DNA of 63,664 bases from Anaerolineae bacterium. Its GTDB lineage: Bacteria > Chloroflexota > Anaerolineae > JAAEKA01. How positions within the stretch are numbered: position 1 is the first letter of the stretch; each line of letters opens with the position of its first letter. The notes beneath the pieces are model-generated. The model did no database searches. It was given only the letters and a program-made list of their open reading frames with translations, and had not been told where the DNA came from. The stretch is from positions 1 through 63,664 of the forward strand of contig JAULUH010000156.1 in NCBI GenBank assembly GCA_032111745.1. The letters run 5' to 3'. Position numbers and translations under genes: made by a program. Shown in pieces: positions 44,166 to 54,279 of this stretch.

Positions 44166-45400
44166 ACGACTATGTCGCTCAACCACGCCTCGATATCGCT
44201 AACCATACGATCCAGGGTGAAGCGCTCTTGGATCATGCGCTGAGCCGCCACCACCAGACTCCTGCCACTGGCCGGATCACTGATCACCCTAGTGATCTGG
44301 GCGGCCAAAGCTGCTGCGTCCTCCGCACCGAAGGTCAGCCCAGTAATACCGTCCTGTAGCATCTCCACCTGACCCCCGACCTCGGTACCGATCACTAACA
44401 GCCTGGCAGCCATAGCCTCCATGACTGTGCGCGCCATAGGCTCCGGCCAGGTCGACGTGAACAGGAACACGTCAAACCGACCCAGCCAGGACGGAATCTC
44501 CGGCTGCGGTACATGGCCGACGAAATCAACTCGCTCCTCAATGCCCAGCCGCCCGACCAGTTCGCACAACTGCGCCTCGTAGTCCGGGTGCCCCGCCCCG
44601 ATGATCGTCAGGCTCACCTGCTCAGCCATACCCTGCTGCCGGAGCTTACCAACCGCCTCGATCGCCGTGTGCACCCCTTTCTGAGGCAGGAGACTGCCGA
44701 CATACACAAGCCGCAATGGGCGGCGTCCATCGTAATCGCCGAGCGCAGCATACCGCTGGAAGGACTCCAGGTCGATGCCACCGAATAGGACACCGGTTGA
44801 GGGAGGAAGTTTGCCTGTGGCCACTAAAGCATCGCGCACATACTGGCTGCAACACAGGGCGCGTTCAAAGCGCAAGCTGGGCGGATAGCCCTCCTGTCTA
44901 AGGCGGCGTAGCGCCCACCCACGCACTGGCGCCTTAATAAGCTCACCAACCTTACTTCCCCCGGGCAACCGCCAATACTCGACGTGGATGTCGGGATCCT
45001 GCGGCCAGTAGGATGAGACAAAATACGCCACCCGGCTGGGCATCCACTGTTCAAGCCAGTAAGGGAGATTGCGCGACAGGTCATACATGCCCCACACCAC
45101 TGCCACATCTGGCTCATATGTGTCCAGCACGCGCCTTAGCTCCTCCTGGTTCTCTCGTTCGTGCCGGCGATGATAGCGCAGGAAATCAATGGACCGGTAG
45201 TGATACAAGTCCGCCTGGAGATGCAGTGTGCGCGCGACGTCGGGTTCAACTGGCTCAGTTCCGTTTACCCCATGTTGGCTGGTCAAGACGAACACCTGAT
45301 GCCCCCGGTCGCGCAGCCTCACGGCTACCTCCTGGCACCACTGTTCGTAGCCGCCCAACTCATATGGTGGATACAGATTGGTCAGAAACAGAATCCTCAT
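44162..45400 (-). CDS. Glycosyltransferase family 4
   Basis: Start at ATG MRILFLTNLYPPYELGGYE. VFLFTSTWPEPMARTVMEAMAARLLVIGTEVGGQVEML. Confidence 0.9.
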   Translation of the reverse strand: MRILFLTNLYPPYELGGYEQWCQEVAVRLRDRGHQVFVLTSQHGVNGTEPVEPDVARTLHLQADLYHYRSIDFLRYHRRHERENQEELRRVLDTYEPDVAVVWGMYDLSRNLPYWLEQWMPSRVAYFVSSYWPQDPDIHVEYWRLPGGSKVGELIKAPVRGWALRRLRQEGYPPSLRFERALCCSQYVRDALVATGKLPPSTGVLFGGIDLESFQRYAALGDYDGRRPLRLVYVGSLLPQKGVHTAIEAVGKLRQQGMAEQVSLTIIGAGHPDYEAQLCELVGRLGIEERVDFVGHVPQPEIPSWLGRFDVFLFTSTWPEPMARTVMEAMAARLLVIGTEVGGQVEMLQDGITGLTFGAEDAAALAAQITRVISDPASGRSLVVAAQRMIQERFTLDRMVSDIEAWLSDIVV

Positions 45401-45457
45401 GCCCGGCAACCTGCTGTCATGACGCCGCCGCGACCTCACTACCCCTGGCGCTTCACC

Positions 45458-46993
45458 CTAGTGCCTCCGCCACAGATGCCATGCCACCGCACCCAGCACT
45501 AGCATAAGCGCTGGAATGATGCCGGCCAGGCTTCCTACGAAGGGGTTTGATACCGGTGCACGACCGTCATCAAGTGCGGCGATCGCTTCTGTAGAGACAC
45601 CCGAATCCGTAGTAGCAGAGTGGTTCAGATCATCGCCAGCCCTTACCTGCTGGCTGGATTGATCATCCACTGGCTGCACGGCTGTGGTCCCACCGGTGGG
45701 CAAAGGTACTGGCGTGCGCGCAGGTACTCCGGGGATGGTACCGGACACATGCCAGATCTCGCCGGCCTGGTCGCTCAGGTTCGTATTCCATAGCGCGTGG
45801 ATCTCGTTTCCAAGCCGCACCGTGGCCGCTGTCCAGTGCCCACCCGGTCCCGTAATCTCGGTTTCGATGTTTGCCCACTGCCATAACGACCAACCACCGT
45901 CGAGCAACCGCCAGTAGAAAAGCCCGCCAACCTGATCGCGGGTACGCATGTTGGAGAGCACATGAAGGTTGCCATTATCATCGGTGACATTAACGTTGAA
46001 CCCTGCAATTCCCTCCAGGTCAGGGTAGATAGTCTGCGGCGGTCCCCAGGTCTCCCCTCCATCCAATGATGTACGCACCTGCCGGCCTACGTTAGCCGGG
46101 TAGACATAAGTTAAATGCAGTTCAGAGTCGCCAACAATGCCAAGGGATGGGTATTGCGCGCTGGCCTTACCCTTCTCTCCCTGGGCAAGCTTGACCGCTT
46201 TGCTCCAGGTCTGGCCGCTGTCCACGCTGCGCGCATAATAGATGGCAGGGGCGAATCGAGCGCTGGCTTCCACTGTACCCCAGAGTGCATGCATGCGTCC
46301 TTTGGGATCGATGGTGAGCGAAAGGTGCAGCAACGCGTCTTCGTCTGGTTCGAGTCCGGGCGACAACCGTACCGGCGTGTCAACGACTAGACCCTGGTTG
46401 GTGATCCTGGTGTAGTACACCGCAGGGTCATCGCCGCGCGTGGCGAACAAGATATGGGGAACATCTTGGGCATCCACAGCGATGTCGGATTCCCAAGCCG
46501 TGCGGGCGCTATTCCCCACTGGAACGGCCGGAAGCCACGCCTGCGCTGATCCTGCTTCTTGGGCCGGTGCGCGACTATAGTAGATCGTTGACACCCCAGT
46601 CCAGACCAGGTGCAGAATCTGCTGGGAATCAATGGCCAGAGAGGGATACTCGGCGATATTGTCGTTGGACAACGCAATGATATCGGCCGGGTCCGACCAT
46701 TCCGAGCCGTCCCACCGGGTGTATACCAGGGTATTGCCATCTAGATTCAGCTGGCCAGGAATGCCTAATACTGACTGACCACCCATTTCCTCAGCCCAGA
46801 TGACGTGCACGTTGCCAGCTGAGTCGGCCGCCATAGTCGGACGATTGGAGCTTGTCGGTGTGTTGGAGATATTGCGAGCAGGAGACCAGGCAATCCTCCA
46901 GTCCTGTGCCCTTGCATGCCTGGAACCTCCCAGGCCGGCGACCAGCACTATCCCAGTCAGTACGAGTGCCAAGTAGATTCTCACAAGTGTCAT
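45458..46993 (-). CDS. BNR/Asp-box (sialidase-like) beta-propeller protein with N-terminal signal/anchor and C-terminal TM tail
   Basis: Start at ATG MTLVRIYLALVLTGIVLVAGLGG. Asp-box motifs SVDSGQTWSK and SLDGGETWGP. C-terminus SLAGIIPALMLVLGAVAWHLWRRH. Confidence 0.75.
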   Translation of the reverse strand: MTLVRIYLALVLTGIVLVAGLGGSRHARAQDWRIAWSPARNISNTPTSSNRPTMAADSAGNVHVIWAEEMGGQSVLGIPGQLNLDGNTLVYTRWDGSEWSDPADIIALSNDNIAEYPSLAIDSQQILHLVWTGVSTIYYSRAPAQEAGSAQAWLPAVPVGNSARTAWESDIAVDAQDVPHILFATRGDDPAVYYTRITNQGLVVDTPVRLSPGLEPDEDALLHLSLTIDPKGRMHALWGTVEASARFAPAIYYARSVDSGQTWSKAVKLAQGEKGKASAQYPSLGIVGDSELHLTYVYPANVGRQVRTSLDGGETWGPPQTIYPDLEGIAGFNVNVTDDNGNLHVLSNMRTRDQVGGLFYWRLLDGGWSLWQWANIETEITGPGGHWTAATVRLGNEIHALWNTNLSDQAGEIWHVSGTIPGVPARTPVPLPTGGTTAVQPVDDQSSQQVRAGDDLNHSATTDSGVSTEAIAALDDGRAPVSNPFVGSLAGIIPALMLVLGAVAWHLWRRH

Positions 46994-47144
46994 ATCTGAC
47001 AGACCTTTTTTCCTGTTGAATTCTCTGCTACTCAGCCATTGCGGGCTAGCCCATAGGGAACTACGGAAAGGCAAAGTTTGCCAATAGCATTGAAACAAAC
47101 GCGCCCTAGATACCCAATGGCAGCAATGCTACGCCAGAAATCAC

Positions 47145-48371
47145 TCAACCGGTCGATATTGCCCTGTTCCCAAAACGCTTTCGCAGATCATTCAGAACCC
47201 GATCACCAAGCAGTGACTTCAACCAGCGGGAGGCCACCTGTGGCTCCCTGGCTAACGTCGGATGGTAGCGAACCGCTTTCAGAAAATGCCGACGACTATC
47301 TGCCATGCGACCGCTACCATAGGCTAACAGACCGAGAGCCAGATGAGCGTTGCCATATGCAGTGTTGCGAACCTGGACCAACTCACTCCCAGTTTCCTCG
47401 CTGTCGAAGATTAGGTCCAGGCTCTCCAGCAACGTTGTCCGATTCGTTTCGAAATCATAGTCCAAGAACTGGCCACGCCATCCACGCGGCTGATTACCGC
47501 AGGCCAACTCGTAGAAGACATCCAGTCGAGATGACAGATCAGGATAGATGCAAAAGGCTTGTGTCAGGTACTCTCGGGCCGCCTTCCGATCATTTCGCTG
47601 GAAATAGGAAAGCGCAGCAGCAAAATATGCTGACGCATAGGCGCGCCGTCGTAGAATTGGCCACTGCGAGACAGGACCCTCTGGGGGCCCAAAATGCTTA
47701 GCGGCGGCGCGCATGTTGTCTTCGAACATGTGCTCGACATTGGATGACAAGCCTCCGTGATGTACCCTATAGCGAACCAACACGCGTGGAATCCCGACGA
47801 TGCGAAAGCGGCGCGAGATGCGAAGCCACATGTCCCAGTCAGCATACCCTTGGAGGTTTCGATCGAACAACCCAACTTCGTTCAAGCACGTCTTGCGGAC
47901 CGTCACAGTTGACGGTGGAAAAAAACCGCCGTGTAATAGAACGTCGTATAGGGTGCCGGAAAGCACGGTCTTCGTGCTCACTTGAGAGAGAAGCTCGCCA
48001 TCTCCATCGATAATCTGGACACCAACATAGCAGGCGGCGATCTCATGATCGGATTGCATGATCGACATGACTTCGGCAAGATAGGTAGGCTCCCACAGAT
48101 CATCGTCATCCAGGAACCCGATGAATTGCCCACGCGCCGCCTGAATGCCCGTGTTCCTCGACCCCGCCATGCCGGAGTTAGCTTGACGGATATATCTGAT
48201 CTCCTCTCCAAACGAGGCTGCGACATCAGGTGTGTCATCCGAAGAGCCGTCGTCAACCACAACCACCTCAAAGTCTCGAAAAGTCTGGTTGAGGGCACTG
48301 CGTATTGTCTCAGTCAAGTAGGCCGCATGGTTGTACGCAGGAATCACTACACTCACCAACGGTGAAGGCAT
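47145..48371 (-). CDS. Glycosyltransferase family 2 with C-terminal helical (TPR-like) extension
   Basis: VSVVIPAYNHAAYLTETIRSALNQTFRDFEVVVVDDGSSDDT and DDDDLW motifs. Confidence 0.85.
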   Translation of the reverse strand: MPSPLVSVVIPAYNHAAYLTETIRSALNQTFRDFEVVVVDDGSSDDTPDVAASFGEEIRYIRQANSGMAGSRNTGIQAARGQFIGFLDDDDLWEPTYLAEVMSIMQSDHEIAACYVGVQIIDGDGELLSQVSTKTVLSGTLYDVLLHGGFFPPSTVTVRKTCLNEVGLFDRNLQGYADWDMWLRISRRFRIVGIPRVLVRYRVHHGGLSSNVEHMFEDNMRAAAKHFGPPEGPVSQWPILRRRAYASAYFAAALSYFQRNDRKAAREYLTQAFCIYPDLSSRLDVFYELACGNQPRGWRGQFLDYDFETNRTTLLESLDLIFDSEETGSELVQVRNTAYGNAHLALGLLAYGSGRMADSRRHFLKAVRYHPTLAREPQVASRWLKSLLGDRVLNDLRKRFGNRAISTG

Positions 48372-48372
48372 G

Positions 48373-49233
48373 TTAACTCTCCACAGCCAGCTCAGTGATG
48401 TATTCCTGAAGGGCTTCCCGCCAGGGTCGCATGTGGTTCAGTCCTAGTAGATCCAGATGATAGTTGCGCGCGGCTTCCATACGCGGACGAGGCGCAGACA
48501 GAGGAAACTGTGCTGAGCTAACCGCAGTGATTTGGCAGGAGCTAATTCCTGCAAAGTCCAGAATCGCCTGGGCGAATTCAAGACGGCTACAATGGCCACC
48601 GCTTCCAACTGCGTGATATAAGCCATACAGTCCCGTCGGCAATAGCCTCAGGATTTGCTCAGCCATGTCCGCCGTGTAAGTCGGGGATCCAAACTTGTCG
48701 TTCACGATCCGCAACTCGGATCGTTCCCTCGCCAGCGCAATAATCTTCGCGACAAACTTCTTGTCCTGTGAGTGTCCCCCGAACATCCACCCTGCGCGAA
48801 AGATGAAGTAGTGGCTCGCAAGGCTTTGGACGATCTGCTCGCCCGCAAACTTGGACTTGCTGTAGTGGCTCTGCGGATTTGGAGCATCAAACTCCGTATA
48901 GGCCTCACACTTTGTACCATCAAACACGCTAGCAGTGCTGATGTAGATCACCATGGCCGATACCGCCTGGCTGCCAAGGACCACGTTTCGCGTACCAATA
49001 GCGTTGGTCAGATAGGCCAGATCTGGGTTACGCTCGCATTCGTCCACATCTGTTGCTGCAGCTAGGTGAACAACCGCCTGCGGTTGCACATCTATACAAG
49101 CACGCATGACAGCGGCAGCATCTCGAACGTCCAAATCCTCGATATCTGTGGCCACAACCTCGTGCTCACGGGCAAATATCCGACATAGATCGCCTCCAAG
49201 CATGCCGGCTGCGCCGGTTACAAGAACTCTCAC
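48373..49233 (-). CDS. rmlD: dTDP-4-dehydrorhamnose reductase-like SDR (RmlD family)
   Basis: Start at GGAGGA-GTG giving VRVLVTGAAGMLGGDL. Catalytic YSKSK. RIVNDKFGSPTYTADMAE is typical of RmlD. No rmlABC genes are in the window, so the substrate is uncertain. Confidence 0.75.
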   Translation of the reverse strand: MRVLVTGAAGMLGGDLCRIFAREHEVVATDIEDLDVRDAAAVMRACIDVQPQAVVHLAAATDVDECERNPDLAYLTNAIGTRNVVLGSQAVSAMVIYISTASVFDGTKCEAYTEFDAPNPQSHYSKSKFAGEQIVQSLASHYFIFRAGWMFGGHSQDKKFVAKIIALARERSELRIVNDKFGSPTYTADMAEQILRLLPTGLYGLYHAVGSGGHCSRLEFAQAILDFAGISSCQITAVSSAQFPLSAPRPRMEAARNYHLDLLGLNHMRPWREALQEYITELAVES

Positions 49234-49319
49234 AGTGCTATCCTCCAAGTGTAGGACTTGACTTGCTGGGTCTAAGTTGGTGCCCCGAATTCGCCGATCA
49301 GACGTAGGCATTTCACCCA

Positions 49320-50852
49320 TCACGAGCGGCAATCGTACAAGTCGTAGAAACCGATAGACTTGACCAAGCTGCACTCCTGTTCTATGTAGTCAGCATAGAC
49401 CAATATGGTCTTGCTCATTGGCCCGTCGAGAAGATAGTCGGGAGAGGCCGGGCCGGGAGAGTACGGAGCGCCGCTCGAGGCCAACCCCAGTTGGTCACGC
49501 CTGACCGCTTCTTCTAGAACCTCAAAAGGAGGATGGTGGAAGCGATTCTGGGCCAGGAAATCAACCTCCCACTCCATGGTTTCGATCAATTCATCCGGCT
49601 GTACCTGGGATGTCAAGTAGTCGGCCATCTCCTGAGCGTTTTGGCTAGATGCGTTGAACAGGCGATCCACATGTGCTACTACCCCGTACGCAATGATAGC
49701 CATCGGCACCAATGCGACAGCCAGGCGAGCCAGGTAAGAGCCATTGTCTGCGCCCAGCTGAAGCGCCTGCCACAGCTGATCGCGGCTCAAATGGAAGTCG
49801 TTGGTGAGATCTCCGAAGAGCTTGGCCAGGAAGAGGCTGCTGAGCGAAATCGGCACGAAGGCATATCGAATCCAGCCCACGCTGCCAGCCACGAACCATA
49901 ACAGCCAGACACCGACAAGCGCAAGCAAATGGAACTCTTTGATCCCATCACGCCTCCGACGAATCACATCAAGACCAGCATAGAGAAGAGCCGGGCCTAC
50001 CCAAAGTAGGTAACCGGTCTTGGCCAGATTGTTGAAGTTTGCCAGGATGCGGCCGGGCCGGTACAGGGTTGCCAACGCACGGCTGACCGTATCGCCGCTT
50101 TGCAGGCGCCACCCGTATTCAGCCGCCCCCAAGACCAACAACTGGAGACCCTGCCATCCCACATACATCAGCGCGGCTATCGCCAAAGGGAGCAGCCATC
50201 GCCTGAGACCGGCCCGGCGATAATATGCCACGTCGGCCAGGCCCACCATGCCCAGGACCACTAGCGCAATGATATTCTGCGGCTTGGTGAGGAAGGCCAA
50301 ACCCAGAACTACTCCGCAGCCCACGGTCCACCAGACCGAGGCGCGGTCCAGGCTTCGCTGCCACAGGATGATGCTCCCGAGAATGAGCATCAGCGAGGCC
50401 ATTTCACCCATGGCGAAACGGCCATAAAGGAGAAAATCACCCCATGGCGCCAGCACGAGTAGCCCAACGGCGACGAGTGAGGAACGAACACCCATGAGCC
50501 CCTGAGCAACGCCAAAACAAAAACAGACCGCTGCCAAAGCATACACAACCGAGATAACTCGGCCCTGGACGAGGCCGATTCCAGCCACCTGAAACCAGGC
50601 GGCTATCGGCAACAATAGCACGGGCCCACCACCGTTGAGATAGGGGTCAAAGCGTGCGAATTCGCCAGCGCTCAGAACAGCATACTCACCGTAGAGGGCG
50701 ATGTTTTTGGCCCCGTGCAGGAATACCCCTTCGTCAAACCATGTAGCCGGCCACGAGCCAAGTTCCACCCACAGAAGGAGCACGATCACCAGCAGAAGCG
50801 CGATTATGAGCACATGCTCCTGGCGTCGGAAGCGGTTTGACATGGCAGTCAT
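49320..50852 (-). CDS. GT-C fold membrane glycosyltransferase (GT39/ArnT-like)
   Basis: Polytopic protein. First-loop WFDEGVFLHGAKNIALYG motif and a soluble C-terminal domain. Confidence 0.75.
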   Translation of the reverse strand: MTAMSNRFRRQEHVLIIALLLVIVLLLWVELGSWPATWFDEGVFLHGAKNIALYGEYAVLSAGEFARFDPYLNGGGPVLLLPIAAWFQVAGIGLVQGRVISVVYALAAVCFCFGVAQGLMGVRSSLVAVGLLVLAPWGDFLLYGRFAMGEMASLMLILGSIILWQRSLDRASVWWTVGCGVVLGLAFLTKPQNIIALVVLGMVGLADVAYYRRAGLRRWLLPLAIAALMYVGWQGLQLLVLGAAEYGWRLQSGDTVSRALATLYRPGRILANFNNLAKTGYLLWVGPALLYAGLDVIRRRRDGIKEFHLLALVGVWLLWFVAGSVGWIRYAFVPISLSSLFLAKLFGDLTNDFHLSRDQLWQALQLGADNGSYLARLAVALVPMAIIAYGVVAHVDRLFNASSQNAQEMADYLTSQVQPDELIETMEWEVDFLAQNRFHHPPFEVLEEAVRRDQLGLASSGAPYSPGPASPDYLLDGPMSKTILVYADYIEQECSLVKSIGFYDLYDCRS

Positions 50853-50908
50853 GTATATATTGCTAGTGAATAGCGCCGGGGAGCCGCTTCGCTACTCTTG
50901 CTCAGATT

Positions 50909-50993
50909 TAGGGCGACCAACATGCAGCGGCTCACAAAAAGAAGGCCAACCGCCCAGCAATGCAAGATCCTCAATGCTACTCTTGCTGCTCAC
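50909..50993 (-). pseudogene. 5' remnant of a DegT-type aminotransferase (first ~28 codons)
   Basis: Immediately after the acetyltransferase stop, the sequence reads VSSKSSIEDLALLGGWPSFCEPLHVGRP, then diverges to a stop. Compare MSSKSSIEDLALLGGQPSFCEPLHVGRP at the start of CDS 55404..56624. Confidence 0.65.
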
Positions 50994-51025
50994 TGATCCA
51001 ATGTCCTCTTGACCCTGGCCGGTAC
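50909..51025. repeat. Direct repeat copy 1 (~117 bp) of the acetyltransferase-3'/aminotransferase-5' junction
   Basis: Aligns base-for-base without gaps to 56540..56657 until the last few bases, with roughly one mismatch per 8 nt by eye. Confidence 0.8.
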
Positions 51026-51667
51026 ACCGTAAGCCACCACGTGGTCCGGAATGTCACGCACAACCACAGCGCCAGCGCCAACGATGACACCTGCCCCAAT
51101 TTGGATCCGCTCTATTACCCTGGCGCCGATCCCTATTTGCGTTGCCTCACCAACAGTCACCCGTCCTGCCAGGTTTGCGCCAGGGGAGATATGAGCCGCA
51201 TCACCGATGCTGCACTCATGACCAACGCTAGCCAAGGTATTGATGATGACACTTCTCCCAATCCTGGCACCAGGATTCACAACCGCGCCGGCAACAGTCA
51301 CCGTGCCGGGACCCAACACGGCGTCAGCTGCCACGGTCGATCGAGGATGTATCGCCACGGGAAGGGAGAAACCCCAGGACCGGAGGGTTTCCGTCAGTTC
51401 CAGGCGCATTTTGCAGTCTCCAAATCCCAGGAGAACGTGCCTGACACCTCGATCCCATAGCGGTCCCAGCTGTTCTTCGCCGCCCAGAATCGGTGCACCG
51501 CAGAACTCAGTGCCATGACGACCAGGATCAACGCTATCAAGGAAACCAAGGATGTTGTAAACACCTCCCAGCCGCACGATGTCGGCCACGACCATTGCGT
51601 GTCCCGATGCACCCCAAATGACGAGATCCAGAAGTTGAGAACTTGACGTCATTGGACTTTGGTCCAT
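50990..51667 (-). CDS. Sugar N/O-acetyltransferase, NeuD/PglD family (left-handed beta-helix)
   Basis: N-terminal Rossmann-like LVIWGASGHAMVVADIVRLGGVYNILGFLD and C-terminal hexapeptide repeats (IGDAAHISPGANLAGRVTVGEATQIGIGARV). Confidence 0.85.
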   Translation of the reverse strand: MDQSPMTSSSQLLDLVIWGASGHAMVVADIVRLGGVYNILGFLDSVDPGRHGTEFCGAPILGGEEQLGPLWDRGVRHVLLGFGDCKMRLELTETLRSWGFSLPVAIHPRSTVAADAVLGPGTVTVAGAVVNPGARIGRSVIINTLASVGHECSIGDAAHISPGANLAGRVTVGEATQIGIGARVIERIQIGAGVIVGAGAVVVRDIPDHVVAYGVPARVKRTLDQ

Positions 51668-51824
51668 GTGCTATTCCAGCTTGATAGCTGAAGGACGACG
51701 CTGGACGCCCGGTCGCTTACTTCGGAGCGACGTGACATGTGCATAGTGATCGCTTCGTCGTGCTACCCATTCTCAAGCCAAGCCGAAGGGCTACATCTCC
51801 TCATACTTCTGCGCATAGAGTAGA

Positions 51825-53123
51825 TTACGGCAGCGTGTCTGATATCTGATCCGGAATCTCCCAGAAATGATCCAGATACACCGAGCCAAATCCGAAGCTT
51901 TGCTCGAAAGAATAGCCTGTGTTGCCGGGATCACTAAGCTCGACGTCGAGACAGCGATCGATTTCGACGTAGTCTAACCATTGTATCTGCGGGATGGTGA
52001 TACCGATGTCCATCCCATAGGTTCCACGCGCCAGCGGCAACTTAGGGAACACCAGATCGATCACGTTTTCTCTATGCGGCTGGGCGTCCACCAAGAGGCC
52101 GTGAAGATTGGCCGAGGCAAAATAGGCGATCTTCTCCAGTATTCTGCCCTTCAACATGGCTTCTACAGACACACGCACGGGCCTGGTCACTTCAAACACG
52201 ATCCGGACGCGCAACAGGTCACCGTAGTGATATCCCGTACACGGCTCACCTGCTGCGTTAAGAAAACTGACTTCCGTCAGACGGGCAAGATCCGACTTGT
52301 GAATGCGATCCAAGTCCCGCAACGACAGTTTTGTCTTCAGATTACTCTCCTGAGCAGCAGCATCCCGTGCTTCGCCCAGGTATGTTCTCACGACGTCTTC
52401 TGCTCGGCCGCGATCCGTCAATCTGCCGTTCTGCAGCATAATAGCGCTGGTACAAAGGGCAGTGATGGCACTCATGTTGTGACTCACGAACAGAACCGTG
52501 CGCCCTTCTTTGGTCACGTCCTCCATCTTGCCCAGACACTTGCGCTGGAACGCAGTGTCGCCCACCGCCAGGACCTCATCGACGAGCAGGATCTCAGGCT
52601 CGAGGTACGCCGCAACTGCAAAGGCAAGACGCACATACATGCCACTGGAATAACGCTTGACGGGTGTATCCAGGAAGCGCTCCACCTCCGAAAAATCCAC
52701 AATGGCGTCGAACTTGCGCTCGATTTCGGCCCGACGCATTCCCAGAATAGCCCCGTACATGTATATGTTCTCACGCCCGGACAGCTCGGGATGGAAGCCG
52801 GTACCCACTTCCAGCAAGGAACCAACCCGGCCCAGTAGGCGCACGGTGCCGCTTGTGGGCTCTGTGATGCGTGACAAGATCTTCAAAAGCGTGCTCTTGC
52901 CTGCACCATTACGTCCGATGAGTCCTAAAACCTCACCCTGCTTGACGTTGAAGGAGATGTCCTGCAGTGCCCAAATCGTATCCTCGGTGCCATTCCCTCG
53001 GGTGCCAGCCTGAGAGCGCTTCAAGCGAGCGGTTAGGGCATCGCGCAGGGTATCATGGCGGTGTAATACGCCAATGTGAAATTGCTTGCTGAGATTCTCG
53101 ACCTGGACAGAAATATCAGACAT
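51825..53123 (-). CDS. wzt: Polysaccharide ABC exporter ATP-binding protein with C-terminal glycan-binding-type extension (Wzt/TagH-like)
   Basis: Walker A GRNGAGKSTLLK, signature YSSGMYVRLAFA, Walker B ILLVDEVLAVGD, plus a ~180-aa C-terminal beta-rich domain. Confidence 0.9.
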   Translation of the reverse strand: MSDISVQVENLSKQFHIGVLHRHDTLRDALTARLKRSQAGTRGNGTEDTIWALQDISFNVKQGEVLGLIGRNGAGKSTLLKILSRITEPTSGTVRLLGRVGSLLEVGTGFHPELSGRENIYMYGAILGMRRAEIERKFDAIVDFSEVERFLDTPVKRYSSGMYVRLAFAVAAYLEPEILLVDEVLAVGDTAFQRKCLGKMEDVTKEGRTVLFVSHNMSAITALCTSAIMLQNGRLTDRGRAEDVVRTYLGEARDAAAQESNLKTKLSLRDLDRIHKSDLARLTEVSFLNAAGEPCTGYHYGDLLRVRIVFEVTRPVRVSVEAMLKGRILEKIAYFASANLHGLLVDAQPHRENVIDLVFPKLPLARGTYGMDIGITIPQIQWLDYVEIDRCLDVELSDPGNTGYSFEQSFGFGSVYLDHFWEIPDQISDTLP

Positions 53124-53363
53124 GAGGCTTAGATTTCAGAAACTCCGTATGTAGTTTAGCATGCGCCAGGATGAAATTTCTGGGCATCGAAATTGCACCG
53201 TTGGGTGCACCCACCCGTGAAGCGGCAAGGCGGAATGCTAGCTCTCAATGACACGACGTTGGACAACCTGAAGCTCCCAGATAGAGCGCTTACGGAGGTT
53301 CGGCCAGGACCGACTCTCTGTCACGATTCTGACGTCAAACCTGCATCCTGATTAGCATCCTGA

Positions 53364-54242
53364 TTAGATGATATCTGCAAATGTCTGCTCTGTGGAACGG
53401 AAGTAGAACAGCCCGCCCATGAGGACGGTGACCATGATCACCAAAGAAACCACAAACAGGCCTCCTGGCGGCTGGGCATCGGTCATAACGTTGCCAAGCA
53501 AGGCCCAGCGGAAGCCCTCAACAACACTAGTCATCGGGTTGAGTGCGAGCAGTGGACGCAAAGATTCAGGGATCATGGTTGCGCTGTAGATGACCGGAGT
53601 CACATACATCCAAATCTGCACAACGAAGGGGACCAGTTGCTTGATATCACGGTAGCGGACGTTTAGAGCCGAGAACCATAGGCCAAACCCTAGAGCAGTG
53701 CCCATAGCCATCAAGAGGAACAAGGGTAGGAAGAGTACCGCCGGGGTGGGGGGGATCCGGTATAGCACCAACAACACAACCAACACCATTGCAGAGACAG
53801 CGAAATCGATAAGACCGGCAACTACGCCGCTGAGCGGAATGATCAGCCTAGGAAAGTATACTTTGGTGATCAAGTGAGAGCTATCTACCAGGTTCGTCGA
53901 TGCGCGGGTCAACGACGTTGCAAAGTACTGCCAAGGAACTAGCCCTGCCAGGGCAAATACCGGATAAGGCACGCCATTGGACGGCACACCCAGTAGTAAC
54001 CCAAAAACGCCAGAGAACACCAGAGTCGCCAGTACAGGTTGGAGAACGATCCAACCCACTCCCAGCGCCGTTTGCTTGTAGCGCACCTTGACATCGCGCC
54101 ACACCATGAAAAACAAGAGTTCTCGATACTCCCAAAGCGCACCGAGTTGTAGAGAACCCAGACCCTTTGATGGCTTGATGATGATGATCGGCGGTTCGTC
54201 AGCCTCTGCGCGCTGGGTTATGTGTGAAGAAGTGGAAGTCAT
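53364..54242 (-). CDS. wzm: ABC-2 type polysaccharide exporter permease (Wzm-like)
   Basis: Start at ATG MTSTSSHITQ; the track start overlaps the upstream GT2. It has LWEYRELLFFMVWRDVKVRYKQTALGVGW, the hallmark ABC-2 N-terminal motif, and 6 TM segments. Confidence 0.85.
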   Translation of the reverse strand: MTSTSSHITQRAEADEPPIIIIKPSKGLGSLQLGALWEYRELLFFMVWRDVKVRYKQTALGVGWIVLQPVLATLVFSGVFGLLLGVPSNGVPYPVFALAGLVPWQYFATSLTRASTNLVDSSHLITKVYFPRLIIPLSGVVAGLIDFAVSAMVLVVLLVLYRIPPTPAVLFLPLFLLMAMGTALGFGLWFSALNVRYRDIKQLVPFVVQIWMYVTPVIYSATMIPESLRPLLALNPMTSVVEGFRWALLGNVMTDAQPPGGLFVVSLVIMVTVLMGGLFYFRSTEQTFADII

Positions 54243-54279
54243 ATTTGTTCCCGATGCTATGCCAGTAGCAAAGCCATTT

